Assembly (NCBI RefSeq): GCF_009914755.1
Contig: NC_060929.1
Reading direction: 5' to 3' (one strand)
From: the human T2T-CHM13v2.0 reference genome, Homo sapiens
DNA: 64,000 nucleotides
Of the stretch, positions 46,537 through 63,990 are shown one piece after another. Numbering within the stretch: the first letter of the stretch is position 1; each line of letters starts with the position of its first letter. The position numbers and the translations under genes are program-made. The notes under the pieces are model-generated. The model saw nothing but the letters and a program-made list of their open reading frames with translations, searched no databases and was not told the origin of the DNA.

Positions 46537-46923
<387 letters not shown>

Positions 46924-47733
46924 TAGGAGGAACTCTAAGATTCTTCTTTCTCGTTTTTTTTTTTTTTTTTAAATCTTAACATAAAAATACAAAGTGTTGA
47001 AAGTATAGATAACTTCTTTTTTCTTTTAAAAATATCCCTTAAAAAGATCCATCCATGTTCACTCATGTCTTTTTTTAGTGACTATTAAGACGTTGTGGCA
47101 GATGGGATAATTAAACTTATGTCTGTGATCAAGATAGAATTATCAACACTCCTGAGTATGAGGGTGTTAACACATACTAACACACGGCATTTCAGCTTTT
47201 TGTTAAGAAGAAAATTCCATACGATTTGGTTTCCTTCCATATTAGTTATAATGCGTTTGTCTGCATAAATTGGGTTTTATGTAGCCTGACTCAAGTGCTT
47301 GGAAAGAACTATGTTAGGTACATTATAGGAAGTGCAGAGTAGTAGACCGATTCCAAAAGTATTTGATTCAGCAAATCAATGACTTTATTGTAGATCCAAT
47401 TTCTTTCTCTTTCTCTGCTTTACTCATCACAAAATTACTATTATCCAAAGGCTGTTTTTCTCCTTTGGTAATCAGTTCAATTCAGAAAGAGACAACCATC
47501 TGTTTCTGCAGTCCTGGACTGTGTCTTTCCCTTCATTCTGGTTAGACCCACCCAAGACCAATATTCTTACCCTAATCAACATCCAACTTTGGATTGGAGC
47601 TGAAGATGAGAGTGAAAACGGGAATAAAATGGATATTCTGTTGGAAAGATGAAAGAAAGGAGTGGATGGTGGGTAGGCAAACAAGGGTCTGCTATTTCTT
47701 CTTCTAAACTTTTAAAAAAATATTTATTTTTAT

Positions 47734-48031
47734 GGCCGGGTACAGTGGCTCATGCCTGTAATCCCAGCACGTTGGGAGGCCTAGATGGGAGGATTGTTTG
47801 AGCCCAGGAGTTCAAGACAAGCCTGGGCAACGTGGCAAAACCCTGTCTCTATGCCAAAAATACAAAAATTAGTGAGTCATGTTAGCACACACCTATAGTC
47901 TTAGCTGCTTAGGTGGCTGAGGTGAGAGGATCACTGAGCTCCGGAGATCAAGGCTGCAATGAGCTGAGATTGCGCCATTGCGCTCCAGCCTGGGTGACAG
48001 AGGAGACCCTGTCTCAACAAATTTAAAAAAA
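47734..48031 (+). mobile_element. AluJ
   Basis: gagcccaggagttcaag J-type motif; full dimer. Confidence 0.9.
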
Positions 48032-49479
48032 TATATGTTTTTATTGAGGTATAGATGACAAAAAAAAATTACATATATTTACCGTGTACATGTTATTTTT
48101 GTATATGTATATATTGTGAAATGGGTAAATCAAGCTAACTAACATGTCTATCACCACTATTCCCTCTTTATTAGCTTTTAATATATATTAGTTTTCTGAA
48201 ATTTTAGATTGCTTCTGAGGTTGTTAATATCAGGAATAGTTCCTTGTAATATGCAATACTGAACCTGTGTCACAATAGATCTTAATTTCAGGTTTTCCTT
48301 ATATCAAAGTATCCTCGAAAAACCCAAATGCTTATACGTTCACAGTTTTTATGTGGAGTATGCTGGAAAACTTGCTTTTTAAAAATTAAGACTAAACCTT
48401 TTGAATATTTAATTGTAAAGGAGGAAATAAAGTCTTCAAAGTTAAAATGATTTTTGGTTATGAGGTAAGTGTTATAAATAGGACAATGTTATAGGTCATT
48501 TCATGGCTTTTCTAAAAGAAGGCCTTACGTGACGTACCTATATTATATTCTTTAGCAAAGTTGTTTTCAATTTTAAGTAAGTTTCTTTTTTTGTGACTGT
48601 GGAAAATTAAATATTAAGGCCACTAAGGTCATTCTTGATTTTACCACACACAGATAATTATTAACACTTAGTGTATTTCCCCCCGGTCTTTATTTTTCTT
48701 TTCAGAATGTCCCAGTGAATAGGATATACCTTTTAGACATTAATAACACAAATAAATGCTTTGAAGCTGATGATGGATTTATTAAACATTGTGGCTTTAA
48801 GATAACTGAATATGTTAATGTTCAGCCACTCTCTTGTTAAAATTTAAAAAAGACAGTATATGGTAATAGCACATTAATAATTTGCATGTCCTAAGAAATG
48901 TGTATATATCTTTCTTTTGTATAAAATTAAACTTACCTGTGTAACCTGAGGTTATCAGTGTCCTTGTCTTTTTCGTTCTGAAAGGAAATCTTTGCTAATT
49001 TTTGTTTGAAAGTCAAGAGTTCATTCTTACCTTTAGCACTTAGTCTTTTTTGTACCTGTGGATTATGGATTTTGTCACTGCTGTTTTATAATTCAAGGTG
49101 ATTCTGAGTTGTTACCATCTAGAGGGCCCAGTCCCCTTCCAACTTCTTGTTGTATAAAACTGTCACATTAGGCTAACTAAACACATTTTTTCCTCACCCA
49201 TCTGCCTTTTCAGCTTTCCTCTCATCAAATCCTTTGAAGTACAATATAGTTAAAACAGCTTTCTTTGCTGAAGAATCAAGCAACTCTTAGAAGGATATTG
49301 AAGTGAATAAAGGACAATTCTAGCTAATAACTGTTTTCTTAAGATTCCAAGTGGAGGAAGCCCTTGTAGAGTTAGGCCTCTGACTAGGCCTTCTAGAGAT
49401 AGGCCTCTGGGAAGAGGGGTGGTCTTTCTGGATACTTTCTGATCTGTCTCTCCATTACACTCTTTCTCTTTTCCTGTCC

Positions 49480-49930
49480 ATATTCTTTCAAGTATTTATT
49501 TGTTGTTTGTATGGCCCTATTCTAAGCACTAGTAATACAGTGATAAGTAAGACGGATGTCACCCTTGCCCTGTGGGTTTACATTCTGGTGATAGGAGATA
49601 GGCAGTAAATTATTTAAGATTGTAATTAGTCTGAAGACAAATGAAACAGTATAAGGGAATAAAGCTTGATGGAGGAAAGCCTATATTAGATAGGGTCATT
49701 GGGAATACCTCTTTGACGACCTGACATTTGAGAGGAAAACTGAATGAGATAAGAGAGGAAGAATATGAAAACAGTAAAGAAAAGAATGTTTCAGGCAGAA
49801 AGAAGTGCAGTGTCCCTCAAATGGGACCACACTTGATGTGTTCAGGAATAGCAAGAAGGCAAGCTGAGAAATCACGGGGAAGAGAGGCAGGAGATAAAGC
49901 TAAAGAGAACGATGGGGACAGATCATGCCT
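49480..49930 (-). mobile_element. L2 fragment
   Basis: ttcaagtatttatt...tattctaagcact...tttcaggcagaaag. Confidence 0.65.
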
Positions 49931-50176
49931 GTATGCCACACCATGCCCCTTCTTGACATAATTCAGTTTGATGACATCATGCCCAGCATGTTCTCCACAA
50001 GAGGAGATACTCCTCTTTGAATCACACTTGCATTTTGCCATTTAAACAGTGCCTCTGCAGAAGGGGCAGTGAGGCTCTCCTCTGATTGGTTACTTTCTTC
50101 TCTACCCAGTTATTGTTAGGCTCTGTAAAGAAGGTGTTGCTAGGCCAGTGAATGAAGGTAAAAGTCAGTGCATCAA

Positions 50177-50324
50177 AACCAGGCATGGTGTGTGCCTATA
50201 GTCCCAGCTACTTGGGAGGGTAAGGTGGGAGGATTGCCTGAGCCCAGGAGTTGAGGCTATGCTAGGCAACCATAGCAGGGCCCCTGTCTTCTAAAAAAAA
50301 AACAAAAACAAAGGAAACAAAAAA
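50177..50324 (+). mobile_element. Alu monomer (FRAM/FAM-like)
   Basis: ccaggcatggtg...agtcccagctacttgggagg...A tail. Confidence 0.8.
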
Positions 50325-50744
50325 CATGAGTGCTCCAGTTCTGTATAGCCTCTCTATCAATGAGACCTGTGATCAAGCTTTCGTAAGTCACCTGTGAAGT
50401 AACAGAACTCAAGAAGAAAACCATTTTTTTCTTAGCTTATTGTCTTAATTATATGTGAATAGAGTTTATGTGAAGCCCACTAGACCCACCTCTATTGTAC
50501 TGAAAAGCATTTACATTTTTCCACTCTTGCAAGCCTGGTGTAATTACAAGAATCACTTGCTGTCAGTCACAGTTCTCTTTGTTACTCAGGAGGAAAGGGC
50601 TATCTTTTAATATTCCAGACCCACTGAATTGTTTTGATTACCTTGTGCTTACTGAGGAAGAGTACTAGTTGATTCTACCGCATACATATCCTATTTCCTG
50701 TCATTAATATATCTTAGTGTGACATGAAAGGGTTATAAAATAAA

Positions 50745-52285
50745 TTTTATTGTAGTAAAAAATATATAACAAAATTTATCATTTTAACAGTTGCAAGTGT
50801 ACAGTTTTGTGGCATGAAGTATATTCACATTGTTGTGTCACCATCACCACCCATCCATCTGTAGAACTTAGTCTTTCCCAACAGAAACTTCTTACACATT
50901 AAACACTAACTTCCTATTCTCCCCTTCTCCTAGTACCTGGCAAACACCATTCTACTTTGTGTCTCTATGAATTTGACTGCTCTAAAAACCTCATATAGGA
51001 GGAATCATAGAATTTTTGTGTTTTGGAAACTGGCTTTTCTTTTAGCACGTCTTCGAAGTTCACTCATGTTATGTAGCATGTATCAAAATTTCCGTAATTT
51101 TTAAGGCGGAATAATATTTCATTGTATGTGTGTACATACCATCGACCTAAAAGGAAGAGGCTGAAGCACAAAATAGGATTCAAAGAGTTTACTTGAGCCA
51201 AAATGAGAACAGTTGCCTGGGAGACTCAGACTCAAGTATCCTTGGATATGAGCTCCCTTTGGCCATTGTTACAAGCAGGTTTGTGAAGGCATTAAATAAA
51301 GGGGACATGGAGTGGGCTGATACTAAGTTGTCTGTCAGGAATTCTCACTAGTTTATAGAAATAACTTTGGTTAATGATTGACTAACATTGTTGAGATGCA
51401 GGGAGTAGTTTATAGTGTGTGGTGCAGCATTATTAGGTTATTTTCTAGTTACTTGTGGCAGTATAAAGCAGTTTCAATAGATAAATATTTCTCATAGCTC
51501 AAAGGAGAGAAGTAGGATGTGATTGCTGTCACATTTTAATGCCTTTCTGGGCCAGATCATTTAAAAGGACTTGCATTCCTCAGATAAAAGTTTCTTTCTT
51601 GATGCCGTATTTTGTTTATCCGTTTGTCAGTGGAAACTTGGGTTGCTTCCATCCTTTGGCTATTATGAATAATGCTGTGAACATAGATGTACTGATATCT
51701 GTTTGAGTGCCTGCTTTTACTTTTTATAGGTACATACCCAGAAGTGGAATTGTTAGATTATATGGTAATTTTATGTTTTGCTTTTTTGTGGGGAAGCGGC
51801 ACATCATTTTCCACAGTGGCTGTACCATTTTACATTCCCACCAGCAATGCACAAAGGTTCTAGTTTCTCTACATCCACGTTATTTTTTGTTTTTTGAAAA
51901 TAGCCATCTTAATGTTTATGAAGTGGTGCCTCATTATGGTTTTGATTTGCATTTCTTTAGTGACTAGTGCTGTTGTGGGTCTGTTTGTGTGTTTATTGAC
52001 CATTTGTATGTCTTTGGAAAAATATCTATTTGAGTCTTTTGCCCATTTTAATATTCAGTTGTTTGTTTTTGTTGTTAAGTTGTAGGAGTTTTAAAAATAT
52101 ATTCTAGATATCAGTCTCCTGTTGTATATATGATTTGCAAATATTTTCTCTGATTCTGTGGTTGCCTTTTTACTCTGTTGATAGTGTCCTTTGATACACA
52201 CAACTGTTTAATGAGATTTAACTTACGTTTTTGTTGTTGTTGTTGTTGTTGTTGCTGGTGCTTGCTTTTGGTATCATACCCAGAA
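50745..52285 (-). mobile_element. L1MB-like 3' region interrupted by an LTR
   Basis: ttttattgtagtaaaa...; atacccagaagtggaattg; ttccacagtggctgtaccattttacattcccaccagcaatg. Confidence 0.8.
51141..51602 (-). mobile_element. ERV1 MER4-group solo LTR, subfamily uncertain
   Basis: acctaaaaggaagaggctgaagcacaaa...ttcctcagataaaagtttct; interrupts the L1 at catacc|...|gtattttg. Confidence 0.65.
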
Positions 52286-52849
52286 AATATTTTTTTAATT
52301 ACTATATAATAGTACATTGTATAGTATACTATAATTTAACCAATCAATGTGGACTTCAATTTTGAGTAAGGTTTTTTGATGAGATTAAATAAGAGAATGG
52401 TTGTGGAGCTTGACATACAAAGACTTAGTAACTGCTGTGTAAATAATAATGATTACTTTTATTACTGCTTGTTACTTTCTACTTCTAAGTGGAAGATCAT
52501 GTAGTCAGTCATAGGACTATAGAACACACCAGAGATTGTTCTCAAATACTCTTTGTGTTTTCTCAGAATGAATTATCTCTTTTATTTTATTTTTTTTCCA
52601 AAAACCCCAGTGTTTAAATTATATGGGCCCTGTTTTGGTAAAAGGCAAAAGGTTTGTAAGATCTGAAGAGAAACCAGAGTATGTGGGCCCTGTTTTGGAA
52701 TGAACTTGCTGCTTATAAAATGGAAAGTCCTCAAACACTCTTCCACAGAAAAGTTCTGTAAGAAGACTTTTATAGGAGAAAGTATGGCTGTAAAAGTTGC
52801 CCCAGCTTCTTTCATTTTCTCTGAGAAATTAGCTAACCTTTTAAAAAAA

Positions 52850-54140
52850 ATCTTAATTAAAATATAGCTCTCACATGCTATAAGATTCACCCATTTAAAG
52901 TATATAATACAGTGGCTTCTAGAATTATATCATGGTTGTGCAACCATCGCCACAATCTAAGTTTAGATCATTTTTGTCAAACTAAATGAAATTTAGTAAC
53001 TATTAGCAGTCACTTTTCAATCCCCACTCCCCACTGTCCCTGGCAACCACTAATCTGTTTTGTTTCCTTAGATTTTTCTATTCTGAACATTCTATATAAA
53101 TGGAATCATGAAATATTACAGTCTTGTGATTGGCTTCTTTTACTTTACATGATGCTTTCAGGATTTGCCTATGTTGTAGCATATATTAATATTTCATTAC
53201 TTTTTATAGCTAAATAATATTTTAGTATGGGGAAATATATATACACTGTATCTTGTTTGTCCATTTATCAATTGATGGACATCTGGGTTGTTTCCACTTT
53301 TTGGTTACTATGAATAATGGTGCTATGAACATTCATGTATGAATTTTTCTGTGACCATATATTCTCATTTCTCTAGGGTATATAACTGGGAGTAAAATTG
53401 CCAAATCATATGGTAAGAATATGTTTAATTATTTGAAGAAATGCCAGACTATATTCTAAAGTGACTGTACCATTTTACATTCCCACCAACAATGTCTGAG
53501 GGCTCCAGTTTCTTCATATCCTAACCAACTCTTGTTATTGTTGGTTATTTTTATTCTAGCTGTCCTGATGGGTATCAAGTAGTATCTTATTGTGATTTTC
53601 ACTTACATTTTCCTGATGACAGATGATGTTGAACATCTCTTCATGTGATTATCATCCATTTACATACCTTTTTGAAAGAAATATATATTCAAATCCTTTG
53701 CCTGTTTTTAAGTTGTCTTTTTATTATTGACTTGTAAGAGTTCTTAATATACTCTAAGTGCAGATCCTTTGTCAGGTATATGATGTGCATGTATCTCCTC
53801 CCATTCCATAGGTTGTCTTTTTACTTTCTTGCTGCTATCACTTGTAGCACAGTGGTTTTGAATTTTGATATCATCTAGTTTATCTCTTTTTTTCTTCACT
53901 TGAGCTTTTGGTATCCTATCTAAAAAATCTTTGCCTACTCCAAGGTCAAAATCTTGTAACTGTGTTTCCTTTCAAGAGTTTAGTAGCCTTAATTCTTATA
54001 CCTAGGTCTGTGGTCCATTTCAGGTTAGTTTTGTGTATGGTGTGAGGTGGGGATCCAGTTTTATTCTTTTACATGTGGATATTTAGTTGTTTGAGCACCA
54101 TTTGTTGATTATTCTTTCCCTATTGAATTGCCTTGGTACT
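52850..54140 (-). mobile_element. L1MB-like 3' region
   Basis: cacccatttaaagtat; ctggcaaccactaatctg; gtaccattttacattcccaccaacaatg. Confidence 0.8.
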
Positions 54141-54312
54141 TTACTCCAAGGTTTCCTCCCAGATTTTATCTTGTTCTTGGAGTTCTTAGACCTTCCAGCT
54201 ACCACCATGGTTGACTCTCTAAATATTTCAAACTCAGTCTGTCACCTTCTCAGCTTTTTGTTATTTCAGTAATAGAGTGTTTGCCATTGAAATTGGGAAA
54301 TATTTTAATATG

Positions 54313-54678
54313 TGTCTTTGTTCATTTTTTGCTTCTATAACAGAATACTTGAGACTCAGTAATTTATAGTGAACAGAAATTTATTTGGTTCATGGTTCTG
54401 GAGGCTGGGAAGTCCAAGGTCAAGGAGCCACGTGTGGTGAGGGCCTTCCTGCTGCATCATAACATGGTGAAAGGCATCACATGGTATGCACACGTGGGCA
54501 AGTGTGGGAGAAAACTTGCTTTGATAACCCACTCCTGTAATAATGACCTTCATTCATTCATGAGAGCAGAGCCCTCATGACCTTATCACCTTTTAAAGGT
54601 CTTACGTTTTAACACTGTTGCGTTGGAGATTAAATTTCCAACACATGAACTTTGGGGGAGACATTCAAACCAAAGCAG
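54313..54678 (-). mobile_element. MaLR LTR (MST-type)
   Basis: tataacagaatacttgagact...ggttctggaggctgggaagtccaag...acattcaaaccaaagca. Confidence 0.8.
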
Positions 54679-55296
54679 AATGGTTGATGGTGGTTTAGGG
54701 CGTTAATTATACCTGCCATTTATTGAGTACTTTTTTGTGCATGCTAAGCATTTTTTATACATTGTAAGAGAAAATAGGAGAGAATTCTTCTCTAAAGAAA
54801 TTTAATGAGATATCTTGGAGAGTTCTAATTAAGTTACTATTGTAGGTGCCCCAGTCTCTTCTTGTTTGGGATTTGAGGATACTGCTATCCTGATTGCTGG
54901 TTCTTTGCACACTCTGGCTGAAGTTAGGCCTGCCCATGTACACAGAGTCTCCAGCCAGACTTCTTAGGAGAGGCCTTGGCAGAAAACACACTAACTGAAT
55001 TTTCTTTGCTAGGGTCTTCTCTTTTTCATGATTCCTAAATGTTTGGAGTGCTCTGAGGCTTTGTCCTCAGATATCTCTTTTTTTTTTTTTAAGTGCAACA
55101 TAAACTATTATTATTCTTCATATATTTTCTTGATTCTGTGATTTTGTCCACATTTTACTTCTGCCCTTCATGTAACTTCATACTCCCCATTCTCTATATT
55201 TTTGAATTCTACCTATTCTTTAATGCCCTTCCTCAGTATTTGTCACTTTTCTTTGAAGATGACAGTCTTGCTGCTCAAAATCATTGTTCCTCTTGA

Positions 55297-55735
<439 letters not shown>

Positions 55736-55739
55736 CCTA

Positions 55740-56071
<332 letters not shown>

Positions 56072-56704
56072 TAAAAAAGGCAAAATACAAAACTATAAAT
56101 TCAAAATAATGATATCTATATTTTACTTCTTGTATTAGATCATAAGCTGTTTGAGAAAAGGATCTATTTGTCTTTGATCTTGGTAATCCTCTGTATTTTA
56201 ACATTTACCAGAGTGAATGAATGCATTTTAAGAAAATACTTTCCTAAATTTTTAAAAGAATGATGAGGATGGGAGATGACATTGACTATGATTAGAGGGA
56301 AGTTTTAAAGTTGCCTGTGTGATATATGCATAAGGACAGGAGGGAAACGTAGGAAAAGAGAAAATATTGTTAGTGGGTTTCTGTTTTTTTTAAAGTTTAT
56401 TTTTGTTTTTCATTACTACATTAAGAAATATTAAAATAATAAAAGTTTGTGCCCTTTTGTAACTGTAGTTGTCTTTAGACTGATGTAATCTAGGAGTTGT
56501 GACCAACTGAAATATAGCTCTTTTGACTTCGGTTGTGAAACTATAGTGTTAGGAAATCTGATCAGCCTGAAGCAAGTTCTAGGCTCCTTAATGAAAGCTG
56601 CTAAGTTAAATAAGGAAAATAGTTTTATGTCAGCAGATACTTATTTAATTTTAGCTTAGCCTTTGGATGTTTGATTAAAATTTTAAGGCATTCTTTCCTA
56701 TATT

Positions 56705-57405
56705 GTTTTCTTTTTTCTTCATTTTTAATTGATATAATAACTGTGCATATTTATGGGGTACAGTGTGATGTTTTGATCTATGTATACATTATAAAAGGAT
56801 CCAATCAAGCTAGTTAATACATCCAGCATCTTTTTTTTTTTTTTTCTAGAGATAGCATCTTGCCCTGTCTCCCAGGCTGGAATGCCCTGATGCCCAGGCT
56901 GATGGGCAGTGGTGTGATCATTAGCTCACTGCAGCCTCAACCTCCAGGGCTCAAGGGCCTCAAGGGATACTTTTGGCTCAGCCTCCTTGGTAGCCAGGAC
57001 TACAGGTGCCCACCACCATGCTCAACTAAGTTTTTAAAACGTTGTTGTTGTTGTTTAGATGGGGTCTCACTTTGTAGCCCAGGCTGGTATGAAATTCCTG
57101 GCTTCAGGCAATCCTCCGGCCTCGGCCTCCCAAAGTGCTGGGATTACAAACGTGAGCCACTGCACCTAGCAACGTATCTATAATCTCACCAACTTATTAT
57201 TTCTTTGTGGGGAGAATGTTAAAAATACATTCTTCTGGAAGTTTTAAAATATATATTATTATTAACTGTGGTCACCATGCAGTTCAGTAGATCACAAAAA
57301 CTTATTCCTCCAGTCTGACTGAAACTTTGTGCCCTTTGATCAACATTTTTGCTTTCCCCGTTCCTCCTTTTATTCCCACCACCAGCCGCTGGTAACCACC
57401 GCTAC
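56705..57405 (-). mobile_element. L1MA 3' end with a nested AluJ (56831-57172)
   Basis: catatttatggggtacagtgtgatg...; resumes at ctcaccaacttattatttctttgtgg after the Alu. Confidence 0.8.
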
Positions 57406-57684
57406 TGATTTTCTTAGTTGAGTATTGCCAGCATTCTAAGAAGATTCCAAGTGGCAGCAGTTGAAGTTCCTATGAGAAATTCTTTCACTATCAATGTAAT
57501 GAAACATAGTTAAAGGTTAGCACAGTTGACCTCTTCCTTGATAAGCAGTAATATAATACAGAAAGATAACATTCCTTAAAAGAAAACTTCCTATGAGATT
57601 TTATTGTCCTTAGAATTGTAGAGCTGACTTTTCAGATAAGGCCCAGAGGTAGTACTTAAAAATAAGTCAGTGTTAATGCATGCT

Positions 57685-57912
57685 TATTATATGCCAGATA
57701 TCATTCTACAAGTATGTACACGTATGTATAAAGTAAGTGTATGAACTCAGTTCTCACAACACCACCATGAGGTAGATATTGTTGCATTCTCCATGCTACA
57801 AATGAGGAAAACTCAGGCACAGAGAGGATAAGTAACTTGCTCAAAGTCACAGAGTTAACAAAGAGTACATCCAGGAATAAACCCATATATCTGGTTGCAG
57901 ATTATTTACTCT
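57685..57912 (-). mobile_element. MIR
   Basis: atgaggaaaactcaggcacagagaggataagtaacttgctcaaagtcacag. Confidence 0.85.
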
Positions 57913-59809
57913 CCTCCTTTCCTTCTTTTAGTTTGTTTCTTCAAGTTATACGTACATATTGGTTAAAGAATCTAATAGTTTCATAAGGTTTGTTATGAAA
58001 AATAACATTTCATTTCTCCCTTTCCACAAGTAACTATTTTTAGCTGCTGATTTCAGTGTTTATGTACGTGTCTAAATAATGTACTTGTTTTACTGCCTGA
58101 TTTATTACTTGTAGACATGATTTATTCTGCTATTAAAAATGATTATTTGGCTGTCCTCTCCTCCACAACTAATTCCCAGTCCCCTCATAGTTATTTCATA
58201 ATTTTGGTTAGATCAGTGTTTGATGTTTACGTTAATTTATTATGTAAACACTATCTTCAGCTGAGCCATGTTGTAAACTGTACTGTTTTTTCTTTCCTGA
58301 CACTTTTTCTTCAAAGGTTGTAATTACCTTTTCATTTGATGTAGTTTTTAATGCACTTATCACTAGTTTACATCTTTGCCAGTTGTCTGAATCATACACA
58401 TCTTTTCTCAGTTTTAGGTTCTTAAATAAATCTCTTCTGGAGCCTTTTGACTAGGACCAATCCAGACCAGTTGTATGGCAGTCATGCTGGGATCTTTATT
58501 ATTTTAGGGGATTCCTTTTGCTTGTTTCCTGTGTTGGACCTCCTATTGCTTCATTTCTTTGTTTACTATCCTGCCATGGTGGAGCCAGTAATACCCTCCA
58601 GCAATTTCTTGAGAAAAAGGTCATGGGAAGTAGATTTTTTGTGATCTGGCATGCTGCCCAAAAATTTTTATTATGACTCCACATTGACTGCATATAAAAT
58701 TTTAGGTTAGAATTTTTTCTCAGAACTTTGATTATATGCTTCATCACCTTTTAGTTTCCAGTGTTGCTATTTAAAAGTCTGAAGCAGTTCTGATTACTTA
58801 CCTTTGATGTGTGATCATTTATACCTTCCAAAAAGTTGTAGATTCCTGTTTTTTGGGCAGAGTTTCTACAGTTTCACAGACCCTTGCCATTGGTCTGTTT
58901 TCATTAGTTGTGCTGGGTACTTGATGGGTCCTTTGGTCGTAGAAACTTTTGACCCCTGCTGGAAACATTTCTTCATTTTCTGTTCTCGAGTCTCCTTTTT
59001 TCAGTTTTTCTGAATTTCTTTGGACTCTTCTACGTATCTTATTCTTTCTCTTTCATTTTCTATCTTTGTGCCCTTTGGGTCAATTTCCCACCTTTATTCT
59101 CCAGTTTTCTACTGAATTTTTAAAATTTCTCCATATATTTTAAATTCCCATGAGCTTCTTTATTTCTGAATTTCACTCTTTTATAATATACTGTTATTTT
59201 ATAGTTGTATTATCTTTTCTTACTTCTCTTATATTAATGATATATATTTTTAAATTTTCTTCTTTTTACTTGGTTTGTTTCCTCTGAGTTGCTTTTTCCC
59301 CTATTTTATGTTTAACTTTTTAAAAAAATTTATTTATTTTTTATTTTTTATTTTTTATTATACTTTAAATTCTGGGATACATGTGCAGAATGGGCAGGTT
59401 TGTTACATAGGTATACAAGTGCCATGGTGGTTTGCTGCACCTATATTAGAGTTGTCTTCAGCTGTCCAATAATCCTTGACTGACTGCTCCTTTCTAAGGA
59501 TAGGGTACTGAAAGCTGATTGGAAGCTCTCAATCCATGATTAGAGGTTGCCTGTGCGATCTTTACTTGAGGTAATCAAGCTAGGCAGTTTAGGTAGTGTA
59601 GGAATTGGAATTGTGACTACAACTCCCCAAATCGTCATGACTTAACGTAATACAAGTTTGTTTCTCACTTGGATAAAGCCCAGCGTTGGTGTTCTTGGTC
59701 AACTAGAACCTTTCATGTGGGCCTTTTTTTATCATTCTTGAGAAGGGGCCAAAGGAACTTCTACATCTAGTTAGCATGGAAGATTTTGCAGGAATTTTTA
59801 TGAGTGAGG

Positions 59810-59998
59810 CTTGGGTAGTATATTTTTAACAACCTGATCATCTGGGAGGAAAAAGCTCTGATTTATAGCATTTGCTGATCTTTATGGTATAAATACTTCA
59901 TCATGACCAATTTCAGGCTACTGACATGATGTCACCAAATGCAGAATTAGGAAGAGATACACCCAGTAGGCTTTCATGCCAGCTCTGGCATACCACTG
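59810..59998 (-). mobile_element. MER63-like hAT MITE within an MLT1-like region
   Basis: aatttcaggctactgacatgatgtcac...gctctggcataccactg. Confidence 0.6.
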
Positions 59999-60317
59999 TA
60001 ACTACTAGCCACATTCCACTGGCCAGAACTGTGTTGTATGGCTCCACCTAAATTCAAGGGAGGGTGAAATTGTGTGCCCTGGAAGTAAGGGAACTAGATT
60101 TTAGTGAACAGCTAACAGTTTTCTGTCATAGTTGGTATCTCTATTATCATTATCTTTAGATCTAGTTAGAGTTCCTACAGAGTTATGTTCCAATCTCCTG
60201 CCTAGACGGTGAAGAAGGCCTGCCTCTAGGTATTCTGAGAACTGATTAGACAGGATCTGGTGGTATCTGTACATTTACCTAATCCCCATGTTTTCAGTGT
60301 GGTCCCTGAATTTATTT

Positions 60318-60810
60318 TATGTTACTGTAACAAATTACCACAGACTTAGTGGCTTAAAACAACCCAAACTTATCGTTGTACGGTTCTGTAGGTAAGAAGT
60401 CAGATGTGGGTTTTACTGGACTAAAATCAAGGTATTGGTATAGCTGCATCCCTTTCTGGAGGCTCTGGGAGAGAATCTATGTTCTTGTCTTTTCTAGCTC
60501 CTAGAGGCCACCCTCATTCCTTGCTCATGGCTTCCATTCTCCATGTTCATAGCCAGCGGCATAGCAGTATATCTGTGATTCTTTTTCTCTAGTCACATCT
60601 CCCTCTGACCACAGCCCAGGAAAGATTCTCAGATTTTAAAGTGCCATGCGATGCAATTAGCTCCACCTATATAATCTGGGATAATATCTTCATCTCAGAG
60701 TCCTTAATCACATCTGCAAAGGCATTTGTCATGTTAACCACACATATTTACAGGTTCCAGGGATTAGGATGTTGTCATTTTTTGGTGGGCCGTTTTTCTG
60801 GCTACCACAG
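60318..60810 (-). mobile_element. MaLR LTR (MLT1-type)
   Basis: gtaacaaattaccacagacttagtggcttaaaacaac...ccttaatcacatctgcaaag. Confidence 0.8.
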
Positions 60811-61932
60811 TACCCCTTGCTCTCCGAAGACCCTCCCTTTGATCTATTCCTAGTAATAAAATTATGAACTTTTGTTGGGGATGGTAGTGGGAATTTAGTG
60901 ATCCTTCTGCTTTTCAAACAAACTTTCCATCCTTATTTTACAGTACTCTCTTTATCTTCACTTCCAGACATATGTAAAAGCACCAATTCATGAGGTTTTT
61001 GCCTAGTTTGTGACACAAATTGAGTTAGTTTTATGATTTCCCTCTCACCAATTTAGGATTAAATTTTCTGAGAATACTTTAACACTTATTTAAACACTTT
61101 CAAGATTTTGTTGTTGTTGTCTTCCTTTCCCATTCTCCTCATCCTTGTGTGTTTATGCCTTTACCAAAAAAGCCCTTTAATATTGTCTTAGCTGGGGTTT
61201 GGGCAGGCAACAAAGGCAGATGTGTGTTTAATTTACCATCTTAATTAGAACACAGCTTGCACTTTTAACTTCTGTACCATACTGCCTTAACTTTATTGCC
61301 TTTTTTATGTGTAAGGTAACCCAGATTTTGGATAATATAAATGGTTGTGGATCCTGTCTTCTAGATTACAAATTTATTTATTCAATACGCTTTTATTGGC
61401 TACTCTACATCAGCCACTTTGCTGAGCATTTCAAATACAAAGCTCAGGTTCCGGTGTTAGAATTCAGACTACTACAAAGGAAATTTGAGCACATTGTTAT
61501 AAGTGTATGATAGGAATAGAAACAATACTAAGGAACCATGGAGAAAAAAGGGACTAATTTTAATTGAGAGTCAGGAAAGACTTCATAGAAGTCATAATGT
61601 TCTAGCTGTGTCTTAGAAAGGGTGTTGCTAGAGAATGGAGTGTGGAAGTTGTTCCCAGACGGAAGTGGGAAAATGTGAAGAAGGTGAATGGTAAGAAGTT
61701 CAATGTGGCTGGAGCAGATCATAAAGGGGAGAAGAAAGAGATGATGAAACTTCAGGGATTAGTCTGGCTTAGATTTTGGAGAACGTTTTATGGCATGGTA
61801 GGGAGTTTGTATTTAGGTCAGATAAAAACTAGAGATCTTTAAGAAAGGAAGTAACACGGCTTGCACATCTTTGGTTAAATTTATTTCTAAGTTTTTTATT
61901 TGTTTAATTTCTTGTTTGGGATGATATTGTGA

Positions 61933-62397
<465 letters not shown>

Positions 62398-62599
62398 CAG
62401 AATCATTCATATTTAAGGGCGTGGTTCGGTTCTTTAACTTACTTTTTATAGGATTCCATTGTACAATTCCATTCCGTAATTATCCTTCTGTGACTGGTGG
62501 ACATTTGGGTCATTTTCAACTTTTCTTATTACAAACAGCGCTTTTATGAACATTCTTCTGTTTGTCTCCTGGTACAGAGGTTAAGAGATTTTTTTTATG

Positions 62600-63990
<1,391 letters not shown>

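Noticed and set aside
48685-48720. Strong acceptor-like tract in AP3S1 intron 1 as a possible exon 2
   Set aside because: Downstream sequence does not encode sigma-adaptin and hits a stop; no good donor seen
52111-52317. Poly-Q containing ORF
   Set aside because: Artefact of a (TTG)n microsatellite inside an L1 relic
52620-52698. Repeat-spacer-repeat as a CRISPR-like array
   Set aside because: Only two units, in a mammalian intron, with no cas genes
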